Assembly (NCBI GenBank): GCA_963775425.1
Contig: CAVZJB010000015.1
Span: forward strand, 1-62,970
Direction: 5' to 3'
DNA length: 62,970 nucleotides
Source of the DNA: an uncultured delta proteobacterium
Lineage (GTDB): Bacteria > Myxococcota > UBA727 > VGSZ01
This document shows, in pieces, positions 1-10,674 of the stretch. Below the pieces are notes generated by a model. That model ran no database searches and was not told where the DNA came from. It saw only the letters and a list, made by a program, of their open reading frames with translations. Numbering within the stretch: position 1 is the first letter of the stretch; every line of letters starts with the position of its first letter. Made by a program: the position numbers and the translations under genes.

Positions 1-1347
1 GATGCCGCCGCGGGCGGCGTCGCCGCGGTGCTTCCCTTCACCGTCGAGCCCTCGTCGCTCGCCGTGAAATGCGACGTGACGGCGACGCCGAGGAGCGCGT
101 TGGGGGCGCCGGACGCGCGGAGCACGCCGGCCGTCGGCTCCGGTGAGAGCTTCAGCGTCGACGAGACCAGCGACGTGACGCTCTCGTGCTTCGACCCCAA
201 CGACGGGCAGGATCCGCACCTGCAGCTCCCCGTCGATACGACGGGAGTCGAGGTGACGCCGTTGGTCGTGTTCTCGTTCGACGTGGTTCCGGGGACGCTC
301 GTCGTGACCGTCAACGCGGTCGGCGCCGAGCGCTGCGGGCTTCAGGTCGGCGGCAACGAGATCGTCGGCGTCGATCGCCCCGATCCGACGAGCACCTCGT
401 TCGTCCTCGACGCGGACAGCGGGACCGTTCCGTCGACGCCGACGACGCTGGACGTTGCGTGCACGGGCGGCGGCGGCGCCCCAGCCGCGGCGTCCTTCGG
501 CTCCCTGCCGATCGCTCAGGGTGGCAACGTCACCGACGACGCCGGCGTCGCAGCGCTGGCAAACGGAGACGTCGCGATCCTCGTCGGCGACATTGGCCCG
601 ATCAACCCGAGCTCGACGTCGCTCACGGTGCCCTCGTTGCAGTTTCTTGCGGGCGCCTTGAACGTGCAGTGCAACGGCCAGCCGACCCTTCAGAACGTCG
701 ATTTCGAGACGCTCGAAAAGGTCGCCGGTGCGGCGAAGGTGCAGGAATGCGATAGCGACAGCCTCGTGATCCACCTCGGAAGCCATAGTGGCTCCGTGCC
801 TGCGCTGGAGCTCGGGGCGCTCGACATCTCCTCGAACACCGGTCTCGGTTCCCTCAACCTTCCCGCGCTCGCGGCCATCTCTGGCGACATCGACATCTCT
901 TCCAACACCGGTCTCGGTTCCCTCAATTTTCCCGCGCTCGCGGCCATCTCTGGCGACATCGACATCTCTTCGAACGCGGGGCTCGGTTCCCTCAACCTGC
1001 CTGCGCTCGCCACCGTCGACGGCGCGGTGTCCGTCAGGGGAAATCCGGTCCTTGGAAGCCTCACCGCCAACGCTTTGAGGACGGTGACGGGCAACTTCTC
1101 GATCACCGACAATTTTTCGGCAGGAAATGCCACGGGGCTCGGCAGCGTCGCCGCTGCTTCGCTCGCCACGGTTGGCGGGAGCTTCTCGGTGACCGGGAAC
1201 GGGATGCTCACATGCGGCAACGCGACGATTGGCGTCCTCCAGGCTCGCTGCGGTCTCACGAGCCCGCCCGGATCCACGTTGATCGCCAACAACGCCGGCG
1301 GATGCCTCGACCACGCGTTCTCGAGCGCCGACGACTGCATCCCGTAG
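1..1347 (+). CDS. Surface/secreted protein with Ig-like segments and receptor-L-domain-like 23-aa repeats (5' truncated by window edge)
   Basis: Frame is open from base 1; repeats of LNLPALAAISGDIDISSNTGLGS; C-terminal Cys cap; same architecture as 1860..3857. Confidence 0.75.
   Translation, partial: DAAAGGVAAVLPFTVEPSSLAVKCDVTATPRSALGAPDARSTPAVGSGESFSVDETSDVTLSCFDPNDGQDPHLQLPVDTTGVEVTPLVVFSFDVVPGTLVVTVNAVGAERCGLQVGGNEIVGVDRPDPTSTSFVLDADSGTVPSTPTTLDVACTGGGGAPAAASFGSLPIAQGGNVTDDAGVAALANGDVAILVGDIGPINPSSTSLTVPSLQFLAGALNVQCNGQPTLQNVDFETLEKVAGAAKVQECDSDSLVIHLGSHSGSVPALELGALDISSNTGLGSLNLPALAAISGDIDISSNTGLGSLNFPALAAISGDIDISSNAGLGSLNLPALATVDGAVSVRGNPVLGSLTANALRTVTGNFSITDNFSAGNATGLGSVAAASLATVGGSFSVTGNGMLTCGNATIGVLQARCGLTSPPGSTLIANNAGGCLDHAFSSADDCIP
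822..1010 (+). repeat. 69-bp intragenic tandem repeat (~2.7 copies)
   Basis: cgacatctc...ggcgacat units start at 822, 891 and 960 with few substitutions. Confidence 0.9.
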
Positions 1348-1810
1348 TCTGGACTCGTCGACGCTCCGTCGGCGACGAGCTGCACCGTCGGGAGCGACAG
1401 CCACGACCCATCGACGCCCTTCTCCGCCGTGCTCGATGAGAGCAGCACGCTCCCGGTGACGTGCTCGAACGCAGACGCGGAAGCGTCGACGACGATCCTC
1501 GTGCCGGTCCAAGTGTCGCTTTCGAATCTCGACAGGAAGCTTGAAGGTGGACGACAATCCGCTGCTCGAAAAGCTCGACTTCCCGGCGCTGACCGTCGTC
1601 CTCGGCAACTTTGAAGTGTCTGGAAACAGTAGCGGGAGCGGCACCCCGACGACGGTCCAGTTCGATACGCTTCAGCGTGTCGACGGGGACTTCACGATCT
1701 TGAACAACGCGCGGATCGTCCAGACCGATGCAGAGGCAATCGCCACGAGGATCAGCATCGGCGGGACGCCAACGGTGCTGAACAACAACGGAAGTTGCGC
1801 AGCTCGGAAC
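1348..1810 (+). pseudogene. Relic of a paralogous Ig-like/L-domain surface protein
   Basis: No start or signal peptide; an Ig-like piece (ATSCTV...LPVTCSN) in one frame joins an L-repeat piece (KVDDNPLLEKLDFPALTVVLGNFEV...VLNNNGSC) in another frame near 1541. Confidence 0.55.
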
Positions 1811-1859
1811 GACCGCAACACCAGGTTCGCACGCTCGCGATCTGCGCTATTCTGCGCAG

Positions 1860-3857
1860 ATGCCGCGCCTCCTTTTCTGCGGAATCGCATTCCTGATCTC
1901 TCTCGTCATCGCAGGTTGTCCAACGACCCCCGCGAACGGCTGTACGAAGAATTCCGATTGCGCCGCAGGCGAGCTTTGCTTCGGGAACTCGGACGGTGGA
2001 GCAGCATGTGGGCCGGCGAACCCCGGCGAAGGCGAGGGCGAGGGCGAAGGCGAGGGCGAAGGCGAGGGCGAGGGGGAGGGGGAAGGCGAAGGGGACACCT
2101 CCGTTACCCTCATCGCCGACGCTCCGCTCGATGCTGACGACGTGTTGACCACGACGCTCCATTGGACGCTCGAAAATGTCGACGCGGCGACGTGCGCGCT
2201 CTCAGCCAACGGCATCGATGAGGCCGTCGACATCAACGCCGGCAACCTCGAGGTCACGATCACCGCGACGACGGACTATGAGCTCCGCTGTGACGGCGCG
2301 ACGGCTGACACCACCCTGACCGTGCACACGGCCGGAGAGATCAGTGGACCCAGCGTCGTCGCCCAGGGCGACCCCGTATCCTTCTCGCTACCCATCAGCG
2401 ACGTCGCCGCGTGCGTCGTCGGTACGGACGGCGATTCGTCTCAACTGTCCGACGTGACGATCGAAGGTGGCGTCGCCACATTCACGGACGTCGTCGATGC
2501 CGATAAGAGCTACACCGTCAGTTGCGACGGCGCTTCAGTAGGGAGTCTCGTCCGCGAGATCTCGGTCGTCGCGCTGGCGGTATCCGTGGGCGATGTCTCC
2601 CCGATCATCGCAGACTTTGGCGGCGCGTTCGACCTGACCGTGACAACGAACCTCGGCGCCGTTTGTTCGTTGTTCAGCACCGCGCGAGACGGCACCGGAC
2701 GTCGGCAAGAGACGAGCTTCGTTGAAAGCGTCGACGGCGGTGACCACACGTTCACCGTCGACGCGGTCACGGAGCCGCGGGACTACCTGGTCTCCTGCTC
2801 CCAGGAGGGGGCGACCGCCGAGAGCGCGGGCGTCGAGGTGCGGATACGGCCGGTCATCACGGCCTTCGACGTCAATGTCGTCGTTGGCTCCACGGATGTG
2901 ACGGTGACATGGACGGCACAAGGGCAGCCCGACGGCGAGTGTGTCCTGTCCGGAGATCTCGACGGTCCGAGGATCGTGACCGGGTCGGAGACTACGCTGA
3001 CGAGCTTCGCGACCCATGCGACCGAGTTGGTGCTCTCGTGCAAGAGCGCGCCGAGCAATGAGGATCCTGGCGCCAACGTCTCCACGCGTAGGATCTGGAA
3101 TGGAGACGTTGACGCTTCCAACGTCGATCAGGCACTGCCAGAGACTCGTGTCGTCATCGGGTCCGTCCTGTTCGACAGCGTGTCTCTACCGTCCGATATC
3201 GACCAGGGGACCGTCCTCCGGGGCGTCTCAGGTGACATCACGGTCAACAACGTCACGCGGACCGACAGCGGACCTCTCATCTTCTCTCTGCCGCAGCTCG
3301 AGGTTCTCGGGGGTACTCTGACGGTGACGCTGGACACTTCGCTCGATACAGCGGATCTTTCGGCGTTGAGAGAAGTGGGCGGGTCAGCCCTCGTCCAGAC
3401 GAACGCCGTGTTGATCCGTCTGAGGCTTGGAGCCCTTGAGGACGTTGGCGGCGACCTCGACTTCACGAGCCCAACCACCGGCGGACTGACGCTCGCTTCT
3501 CTGGTGAATATCGACGGAAACCTGCGCATCGTCGCCGTCAAGGGGAACGTCTCGCTTCCGGTCCTGAGCAGCGTTGGGGGGTCGTTCCTCGTCTCAAAGA
3601 TCACGGGGAGCACCGTCAACGCGCCGACGTTGAACACCGTCGGTGGAGCCTTCGTTCTCTCCTTGACCGGCACGCTCACCACCGCAACCGTTGGTTTGCG
3701 GTCCATGGACCCTGCGTCCACGTTCGAAGTCCTGGGAACGGGGCTCACGTGCTCCAAGATCGCAGACATCTATTGCAATCTTGTTGCTCGTGACCCGACA
3801 CCTACAATCATCAATAACGCCGAGAGCCCGTGTCCGGACGTGAACAACGGTTGCTGA
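1860..3857 (+). CDS. Lipoprotein with (GE)n linker, Ig-like domains and L-domain-like repeats
   Basis: Hydrophobic leader ending VIAGC; Cys module; (GE)11; repeated LxxLxxVGGxL units. Confidence 0.85.
   Translation: MPRLLFCGIAFLISLVIAGCPTTPANGCTKNSDCAAGELCFGNSDGGAACGPANPGEGEGEGEGEGEGEGEGEGEGEGDTSVTLIADAPLDADDVLTTTLHWTLENVDAATCALSANGIDEAVDINAGNLEVTITATTDYELRCDGATADTTLTVHTAGEISGPSVVAQGDPVSFSLPISDVAACVVGTDGDSSQLSDVTIEGGVATFTDVVDADKSYTVSCDGASVGSLVREISVVALAVSVGDVSPIIADFGGAFDLTVTTNLGAVCSLFSTARDGTGRRQETSFVESVDGGDHTFTVDAVTEPRDYLVSCSQEGATAESAGVEVRIRPVITAFDVNVVVGSTDVTVTWTAQGQPDGECVLSGDLDGPRIVTGSETTLTSFATHATELVLSCKSAPSNEDPGANVSTRRIWNGDVDASNVDQALPETRVVIGSVLFDSVSLPSDIDQGTVLRGVSGDITVNNVTRTDSGPLIFSLPQLEVLGGTLTVTLDTSLDTADLSALREVGGSALVQTNAVLIRLRLGALEDVGGDLDFTSPTTGGLTLASLVNIDGNLRIVAVKGNVSLPVLSSVGGSFLVSKITGSTVNAPTLNTVGGAFVLSLTGTLTTATVGLRSMDPASTFEVLGTGLTCSKIADIYCNLVARDPTPTIINNAESPCPDVNNGC
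2025..2093 (+). repeat. (Gly-Glu)11 hexanucleotide repeat
   Basis: ggcgar/ggggar tandem units in frame within the lipoprotein gene. Confidence 0.95.
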
Positions 3858-3904
3858 CGCGAGCATCGGGGGATCGATGACCACGGCGGACGGTGTGCCG
3901 CCGT

Positions 3905-4453
3905 TCAGGGGGCCTGGCACTCGAAGGAGGTGCCGTCGAAGCCGGTGGTCGCGGGGCATTGGCCTGGCTCCGTGCATCCGCAGGCGCCGCTTGCGAGGCA
4001 GACAGTGCCGTTCCCCGAGAGCGAGCAGTCTGCGTCCGAGACGCAGCGGCAGAAGCCGGTCTCGGTGTCACACGACGGCGGAAGGCCGGCGGCGCTGCAA
4101 TCGGCGTCGTCGCGACAGCCGCAGAGGTGCGACGGGAAGCATCGGGATCCAAAGCCAAAGGTGCAGTCTGCGTCCGAGAAGCACTGCACGCACTGGTGGC
4201 TGGTTTGGTCACACAAGTCGCCTGCGCAATCGTCGTCGACGTCGCAACCCTTGTCCTTGCAGGTGTGATCGGCGCCGTCGCAGCGGAGACGGAACGGGAC
4301 ACAGACGTCGACGGGAGTCCCCTCGATGTCGTTCACCTGCACCACGTAGTCAAAGACAGTGCACGCTCCGCCCTGCGCGTCGTCTTTCGCGCACGCGCCG
4401 GTGACGCCGCTGCCGCCGCTCTGATCGAGGTCGATGCAGTGGGCCGGCGTACA
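3905..4453 (-). pseudogene. 3' part of Cys-rich lipoprotein gene interrupted by IS66
   Basis: CxxDxDC modules; joins in frame to the part at 7384..7752 when the insertion is removed. Confidence 0.85.
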
Positions 4454-4535
4454 GGCGTACAGTCGTGTCCTTCCGGCAAGCGTGCGTGACCGGCCCGCCG
4501 CCGCGAGGTAGCGCCTCCTCCCTCGGAGGTGGCCC

Positions 4536-4916
4536 ATGGGTGAGACGACGTCGAGGAGAATCGAGCGGCTGCGTGGGGAGATCGAGGCGTGGCGCCGCTC
4601 GCGCTACGAGCGCGCGCCCCTGCCAGCGCGGTTGTGGAGCGAAGCCGTCGCGGTCGCCCAGGAGCTCGGCGTCAACCGCGCCCGCGTTGCGCTCGGGCTG
4701 AGCTACCGCGGGCTTCAGGCGCATGTCGACCGCGCGGGGACCGCGCCGACCTTCGTCGAGCTCTCGGGCGCCGACGTCCTCGCTGCGGGCGCGAGCGCGG
4801 CGTGCGGCACGTCGATTGAGATCAGCGGCCGCGACGTCCACGTTGTCGTTCGACTCGGCGGCGGCGCAACGGTCGACATCGCCTCCCTCGTCGACGTCGT
4901 GCGAGGACGCGCGTGA
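4536..4916 (+). CDS. tnpA: IS66 accessory protein TnpA-like (HTH)
   Basis: LPARLWSEAVAVA...LGLSY and PTFVEL motifs; GGAGG RBS; first ORF of the element. Confidence 0.75.
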   Translation: MGETTSRRIERLRGEIEAWRRSRYERAPLPARLWSEAVAVAQELGVNRARVALGLSYRGLQAHVDRAGTAPTFVELSGADVLAAGASAACGTSIEISGRDVHVVVRLGGGATVDIASLVDVVRGRA

Positions 4917-5269
4917 TCCAGGTGACGCCGCAGACGCGCATCCTCGTCGCGCTGGAGCCGCCCGACTTCCGCTGCGGGATCGACGGGCTCGCCAAGGTGT
5001 GCCGCACTCAGCTCGCGGCCGACCCGTTCACCGGCGCCGTCTTCGTGTTCAAGAACCGCCGCTCGACGTCGGTCAAGCTCCTGGCCTACGACGGCCAGGG
5101 GTTCTGGCTCTGCCAGAAGCGGCTCTCCTCGGGCCGGTTCCGCTTCTGGCCGTCGTCGACGAGCGGAGCGTCAACGACACTCAAGGCGCATGAGCTTCAC
5201 GTGCTCCTCTTCGGCGGCGACCCGACCGGTACGCGCGCCGCTCCAGCGTGGCGGCCGGTAAGCGCGTAG
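4913..5269 (+). CDS. tnpB: IS66 accessory protein TnpB
   Basis: PDFRCGIDGL, AVFVFKNRR, KLLAYDGQGFWLCQKRL motifs. Confidence 0.95.
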   Translation: MIQVTPQTRILVALEPPDFRCGIDGLAKVCRTQLAADPFTGAVFVFKNRRSTSVKLLAYDGQGFWLCQKRLSSGRFRFWPSSTSGASTTLKAHELHVLLFGGDPTGTRAAPAWRPVSA

Positions 5270-5349
5270 GCGCTGCCACAACTCGAGCCTGAGCGCGATC
5301 GATCGTGGAGACGATCCCCTCGCGGATCGTGATGTGATCCAACAGCGCC

Positions 5350-5580
5350 ATGGTGAAACGGCTGAAGCGGCGGGCCCCCAAGCCCAGGCTCATCGGCAAG
5401 GAAGAGGCGGACGCGCTCCTCGCGCGCATGCAGGGCGTGATGAGCGACGAGGACATCGCTTTCGTGCGTTCGGCGCTCGAAGCGAACCAGTCGATTGGCG
5501 ATGTGCTCACGTCGTCGATGTCCGAGGCTGACGGCCTCGAACGCATCAAGGCGGCGCTCGCGCGGGTGAGGCGCTCGTGA
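5350..5580 (+). CDS. Small IS66-internal ORF resembling the TnpC N-terminus
   Basis: 76 aa; GTGA overlap with tnpC; helical pattern similar to the first ~65 aa of TnpC. Confidence 0.55.
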   Translation: MVKRLKRRAPKPRLIGKEEADALLARMQGVMSDEDIAFVRSALEANQSIGDVLTSSMSEADGLERIKAALARVRRS

Positions 5581-7247
5581 CCACCCACGGGCCCCAGATC
5601 GTCGATGTCGACGCCGAGTTCGCCGCCGCCGTCGTCGGGCGCGCGCAGGTGCTGATGCCGTCCGGCGATGCAGCGTTCATCGACGCGCTCGTTCAGTCTC
5701 ACGCACTGGTGATGACCCTGCTTCGCCATGACCGCACGACGATCGCGCGTCTCAAGCGACTCTTCGGCATCGCGAACAGCGAGAAGACCGACAGTGTCTG
5801 TCCACCGTCCAGCCCTGCGAGCGAATCCAGCGACACGACCACGACGACGAGCAACGATGACGAGGTCTCCACCGGCAACGACGGCGGTGATCGTGACGAC
5901 GGCGATGGCGGAGCGAAGCCGAAGGGGCACGGTCGCCTTCCGGCGCTGGCATTCCCCGAGGCGCGCCACGTCGAAGTCCGGCACGACAAGCTGCACGCCG
6001 GCGCCACATGTCCGTGCTGCACGCGCGGCAGGCTTTTCGAGATGAGCGAGCCATCGCGGATCGTGCGCATCTTCGGGCAAGCACCGCTCGCCGCCGTCGA
6101 GTGGGACTGCGAGCGCCTCCGCTGCGGTGGCTGCGGCGAGGTGTTCACGGCGAAGGCGCCCGAGGAAGCGCAGGGGCCGAAGTACGACGACAGCGCCGCG
6201 GCGATGATGGCTCTCTTGCGCTACGGCGCCGGTATGCCGCTCAATCGCTTGGACCATCTGCAGAGGAACATGCAGACACCGGTGCCCGCGTCGACGCAGT
6301 GGGAAGTCGCTCGCGATCGCGCCGAGGATCTGCAGCCAGTGTATGAGGAGCTCGCGAAGCGCGCCGCCGCCGGCCGCGTGCTTCACAACGACGACACCCA
6401 GGCGCGTATCCTCGCGCTCATGGGTGATCGTCGCGAGCACCTCATCGAGAAGGGCGAGCTCCCCGACCCCAAGCGCACAGGCCTGTTCACCACCGGCGTC
6501 GTCGCCGAGACCGAGGACGGGCGCATCGCGCTGTTTTTCACCGGGCGCAAGCACGCTGGCGAGAACCTCACGGACGTCCTCGCCGCGCGCGACGGCAAGC
6601 TCGACCCGCCCGTGCAGATGTGCGACGGCCTCGACCGCAACCTGCCCAAGGGGCACACTGTCGTCCTCGCCAACTGCCTGTGCCACGGACGCCGCAACTT
6701 CGTCGACGAGGTGAACAACTTCCCCGACGAGTGTCGCCACGTCCTCGAGGAACTCCGCATCGTCTTCCGCGCCGAGGCGACGTGCCGTAGGAAGTGCCTG
6801 ACGCCCGAACAGCGGCTCGTCCTTCACCAACAGAAGAGCGCGCCCGTGATGGAGCGCCTGCGCGCCTGGATGAACGAGATGCTCGCCGACAAGCGCGTGG
6901 AGCCGAACTCCGGGCTCGGCAAGGCCTTCGCGTATCTCCTCGCGCGATGGGGGCCGTTGACCCTGTTCCTCCACGTCGCTGGCGCGCCGCTCGAGAACAA
7001 CATCTGCGAGCGCGCGCTGAAGATGGCGATCCGCCACCGCAACAACTCGCTCTTCTACAGGAGCGAACGCGGCGCCAATGTGGGCGACCTGTACATGACG
7101 CTCATCCATACGGCAGAGCTCCACGGCGTGAACGCGTTCGAGTACCTCACGACGCTGCTCCGCCATGCGCGCGACCTCGCCGATGATCCGGGGGCCTGGT
7201 TGCCGTGGACGTTCCGCGCGACGCTCGAGCACCGGCGCGCCGCGTAG
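5577..7247 (+). CDS. tnpC: IS66 DDE transposase TnpC
   Basis: KGHGR, CPCC/CGGC zinc ribbon, HNDDT, MCDG, CLCHGRRNF, LENNICERALK, WLPW motifs. Confidence 0.95.
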   Translation: MTTHGPQIVDVDAEFAAAVVGRAQVLMPSGDAAFIDALVQSHALVMTLLRHDRTTIARLKRLFGIANSEKTDSVCPPSSPASESSDTTTTTSNDDEVSTGNDGGDRDDGDGGAKPKGHGRLPALAFPEARHVEVRHDKLHAGATCPCCTRGRLFEMSEPSRIVRIFGQAPLAAVEWDCERLRCGGCGEVFTAKAPEEAQGPKYDDSAAAMMALLRYGAGMPLNRLDHLQRNMQTPVPASTQWEVARDRAEDLQPVYEELAKRAAAGRVLHNDDTQARILALMGDRREHLIEKGELPDPKRTGLFTTGVVAETEDGRIALFFTGRKHAGENLTDVLAARDGKLDPPVQMCDGLDRNLPKGHTVVLANCLCHGRRNFVDEVNNFPDECRHVLEELRIVFRAEATCRRKCLTPEQRLVLHQQKSAPVMERLRAWMNEMLADKRVEPNSGLGKAFAYLLARWGPLTLFLHVAGAPLENNICERALKMAIRHRNNSLFYRSERGANVGDLYMTLIHTAELHGVNAFEYLTTLLRHARDLADDPGAWLPWTFRATLEHRRAA

Positions 7248-7375
7248 CCGCCCCTACAGCACCGCGGCCGTGGCCGTCACGCACGCTTGCCGGAAGCACA
7301 CCGTCCTCCACGACGAAGACGCGGATCCTGCCTGGCACTCGATCGCCCGGGGAGGATCGTCGGCTGGACGGTTAC

Positions 7376-7752
<377 letters not shown>

Positions 7753-7821
7753 CGGGCGAGATTACGTGCCGTTCCTGCGGCCGTCCACGGAGCCGTGCCG
7801 CCGTGGATGTCGTAACGCCGC

Positions 7822-9420
7822 TCAGTGCGGCGCGCGGCGGACGCCGTCGAGGTCGATGCCGCGGACGTCGACGGTGATGCCGCGCGGCGGGGCGTCGGCG
7901 ACGAACGCGGCGAGCACCTCGCGTACGTCGGAGTCGATGAACTCATTCGTGCAATCGAGGATCACGTGCTCGCCGTCCTGCACACCTTCGAGCACCGCCA
8001 CGAGCGCGGGCTTCACGAGGAAGGTGCCGTCGCGCAGGAAGTCGACGTGGACGGTGGCCCCGTCGCGCTTCATCACCACGGTGTCCCGCGTGGCGTGCTT
8101 GAGCACCACGAGGATGGAGACGAGGAAGCCGAGCAGCACACCCTTCAACAGATCGGTGGCCACGACCGCCACGAGCGTGACCCCGAAGGGCACCCAGACC
8201 TCGTAGCCGAGCGCGAGCTGCTCGCGCAGCACGCGCGGCGACGCGAGCTTGCCGCCGACGTGCAGGAGGATCGCCGCGAGGCACGCCGTCGGCACGTGGT
8301 CGAGCAGCGGGGCCATCGCCACCACCGCCACGACGAGGAGGAGGCCGTGGACGAGGGCGGAGAGCTGCGACTTCGCGCCCGCCTGGATGTTCGCCGAGCT
8401 GCGCACGATCACCGCGGTGATCGGCAGGCCGCCGAGGAGCCCGGCGGCCATGTTGGCCACGCCCTGCGCCACGAGCTCGCGGTTCTTCGGCGTGCGTCGC
8501 CGGTCGGGGTCGAGGCGATCGAGCGCCTCGACCGACAGGAGCGTCTCGATGCTCGCCACCAGCGCGATGGTGACGCCGATCGTCCACGTCTGCGACTTGC
8601 GCAGCGCGCTCCACGCCGGGTGCGCGAAGTGCGACCCGCCGTCGAAGACGCTCGGCAGGTGGATGAGCAGATCGCCGGTCAGCGCGAATCGTGGAAACGG
8701 AAGGTGGTCGAACGCGAAGGCGAGCGCCGTGCCCACGACGACCACCACCAGGCTGGACGACATCCATGACACCCGCGCGAGCGGGTTGCTCTTCCACGTG
8801 GCCATGACGGCGATGGACACCGCGGCGACGACGATGGCGCCGGGGGAGACGGCGGCGGCGAGCGCCGCGAGGTGGTCGACGCGCTCCGCGCTCAGGAGGA
8901 GCTTGTCGACGTCGATGGCGGCGGCGGGGACGCCGAGCACGAGGGAGATCTGCTTGAAGACCAGGATGACCCCGATGGCCGAGAGCATCGCCTTGATCAC
9001 CGTCGACGGGACGATGGCGGCGAGCGCGCCCGCGCGAAAGGCGCCGAGGAGCGCCTGAAACGCGCCGCCGAGAAACACCGCGGCGAGGAACGCAGAGAAG
9101 CCCCCGAGGTCACCGATGCCCGTGGCGACGATGGCGGTGAGTCCGGCCGCCGGACCGCTCACGGACAGCTCGGCGCGGCTCAGGAGCGGCACCACCAGGC
9201 CGCCGCAGATGCCGGCGACGATCCCCGCGATGGGCGGCGCGTGACACGCCACGGCGATGCCCAGGCACAGCGGCAGCGCCACGAGGAACACCACGCTGCC
9301 CGCGATCAGGTCGCGCCGGGGCGCCCGCCACAGCGCGCGCAGGCCGGCGACCGGCGCCGTCGGCGTCGAGGCGGGCGCGACGGTCGGGCGAGGAGGCGGC
9401 GGGGGTTGCGGGTGGCCCAC
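7822..9420 (-). CDS. SulP/SLC26 anion (possibly bicarbonate) transporter
   Basis: RDLIAG..VFLVALPLCLGIA, SVSGPAAGL, ELVAQG.AN, VIVRSSAN motifs; short STAS-like tail. Confidence 0.93.
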   Translation of the reverse strand: MGHPQPPPPPRPTVAPASTPTAPVAGLRALWRAPRRDLIAGSVVFLVALPLCLGIAVACHAPPIAGIVAGICGGLVVPLLSRAELSVSGPAAGLTAIVATGIGDLGGFSAFLAAVFLGGAFQALLGAFRAGALAAIVPSTVIKAMLSAIGVILVFKQISLVLGVPAAAIDVDKLLLSAERVDHLAALAAAVSPGAIVVAAVSIAVMATWKSNPLARVSWMSSSLVVVVVGTALAFAFDHLPFPRFALTGDLLIHLPSVFDGGSHFAHPAWSALRKSQTWTIGVTIALVASIETLLSVEALDRLDPDRRRTPKNRELVAQGVANMAAGLLGGLPITAVIVRSSANIQAGAKSQLSALVHGLLLVVAVVAMAPLLDHVPTACLAAILLHVGGKLASPRVLREQLALGYEVWVPFGVTLVAVVATDLLKGVLLGFLVSILVVLKHATRDTVVMKRDGATVHVDFLRDGTFLVKPALVAVLEGVQDGEHVILDCTNEFIDSDVREVLAAFVADAPPRGITVDVRGIDLDGVRRAPH

Positions 9421-9485
9421 GTTCTCTCCGGTAGCAAACGCCTCTTGAGAGAGCCAACCCGTCGTTGCCGATGGCCGTGCACTAC

Positions 9486-9539
9486 TGCTGAAACAGCATA
9501 GAAGCGCCGATTCAGCAGGACATGACTGCCGTTTCAGCG
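9486..9539. promoter_or_regulatory. Three 13-bp palindromic boxes (YGCYG-WWW-CAGCR), candidate regulator binding sites
   Basis: tgctgaaacagca 9486-9498, cgccgattcagca 9505-9517, tgccgtttcagcg 9527-9539 in the divergent intergenic region. Confidence 0.6.
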
Positions 9540-9551
9540 TAGGCTCGGCGG

Positions 9552-10577
<1,026 letters not shown>

Positions 10578-10674
10578 CGCGCGCAGACGCCGCGCGCCCG
10601 ACGACGATGCCGCGCCCGATCGGCCGACGAGGACGGCTCCTGTCGCAGCCGTGACGAGGTGCTATAGACCGCGC

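Larger units (their letters stand above)
4465..7375 (+). mobile_element. IS66-family insertion sequence
   Basis: tnpA-tnpB-tnpC order; 26-bp inverted repeats at 4465-4490 and 7276-7301 (1 mismatch); GTAA-type end at 7375 on minus strand; 8-bp ggcgtaca on both flanks. Exact left end uncertain (4454-4465). Confidence 0.9.

Noticed and set aside
1345-1347. Stop-codon readthrough of the first gene
   Set aside because: The protein already ends in a Cys cap like its paralog, and the downstream piece needs a frameshift; a relic is the simpler explanation.
4913-5269. tnpB as an RNA-guided IS200/IS605 TnpB nuclease
   Set aside because: It is the unrelated 118-aa IS66 accessory protein; no RuvC motifs.
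9421-9551. Sigma54 -24/-12 promoter
   Set aside because: Best candidates have GG-N9-GC or GG-N12-GC spacing, not the required N10.
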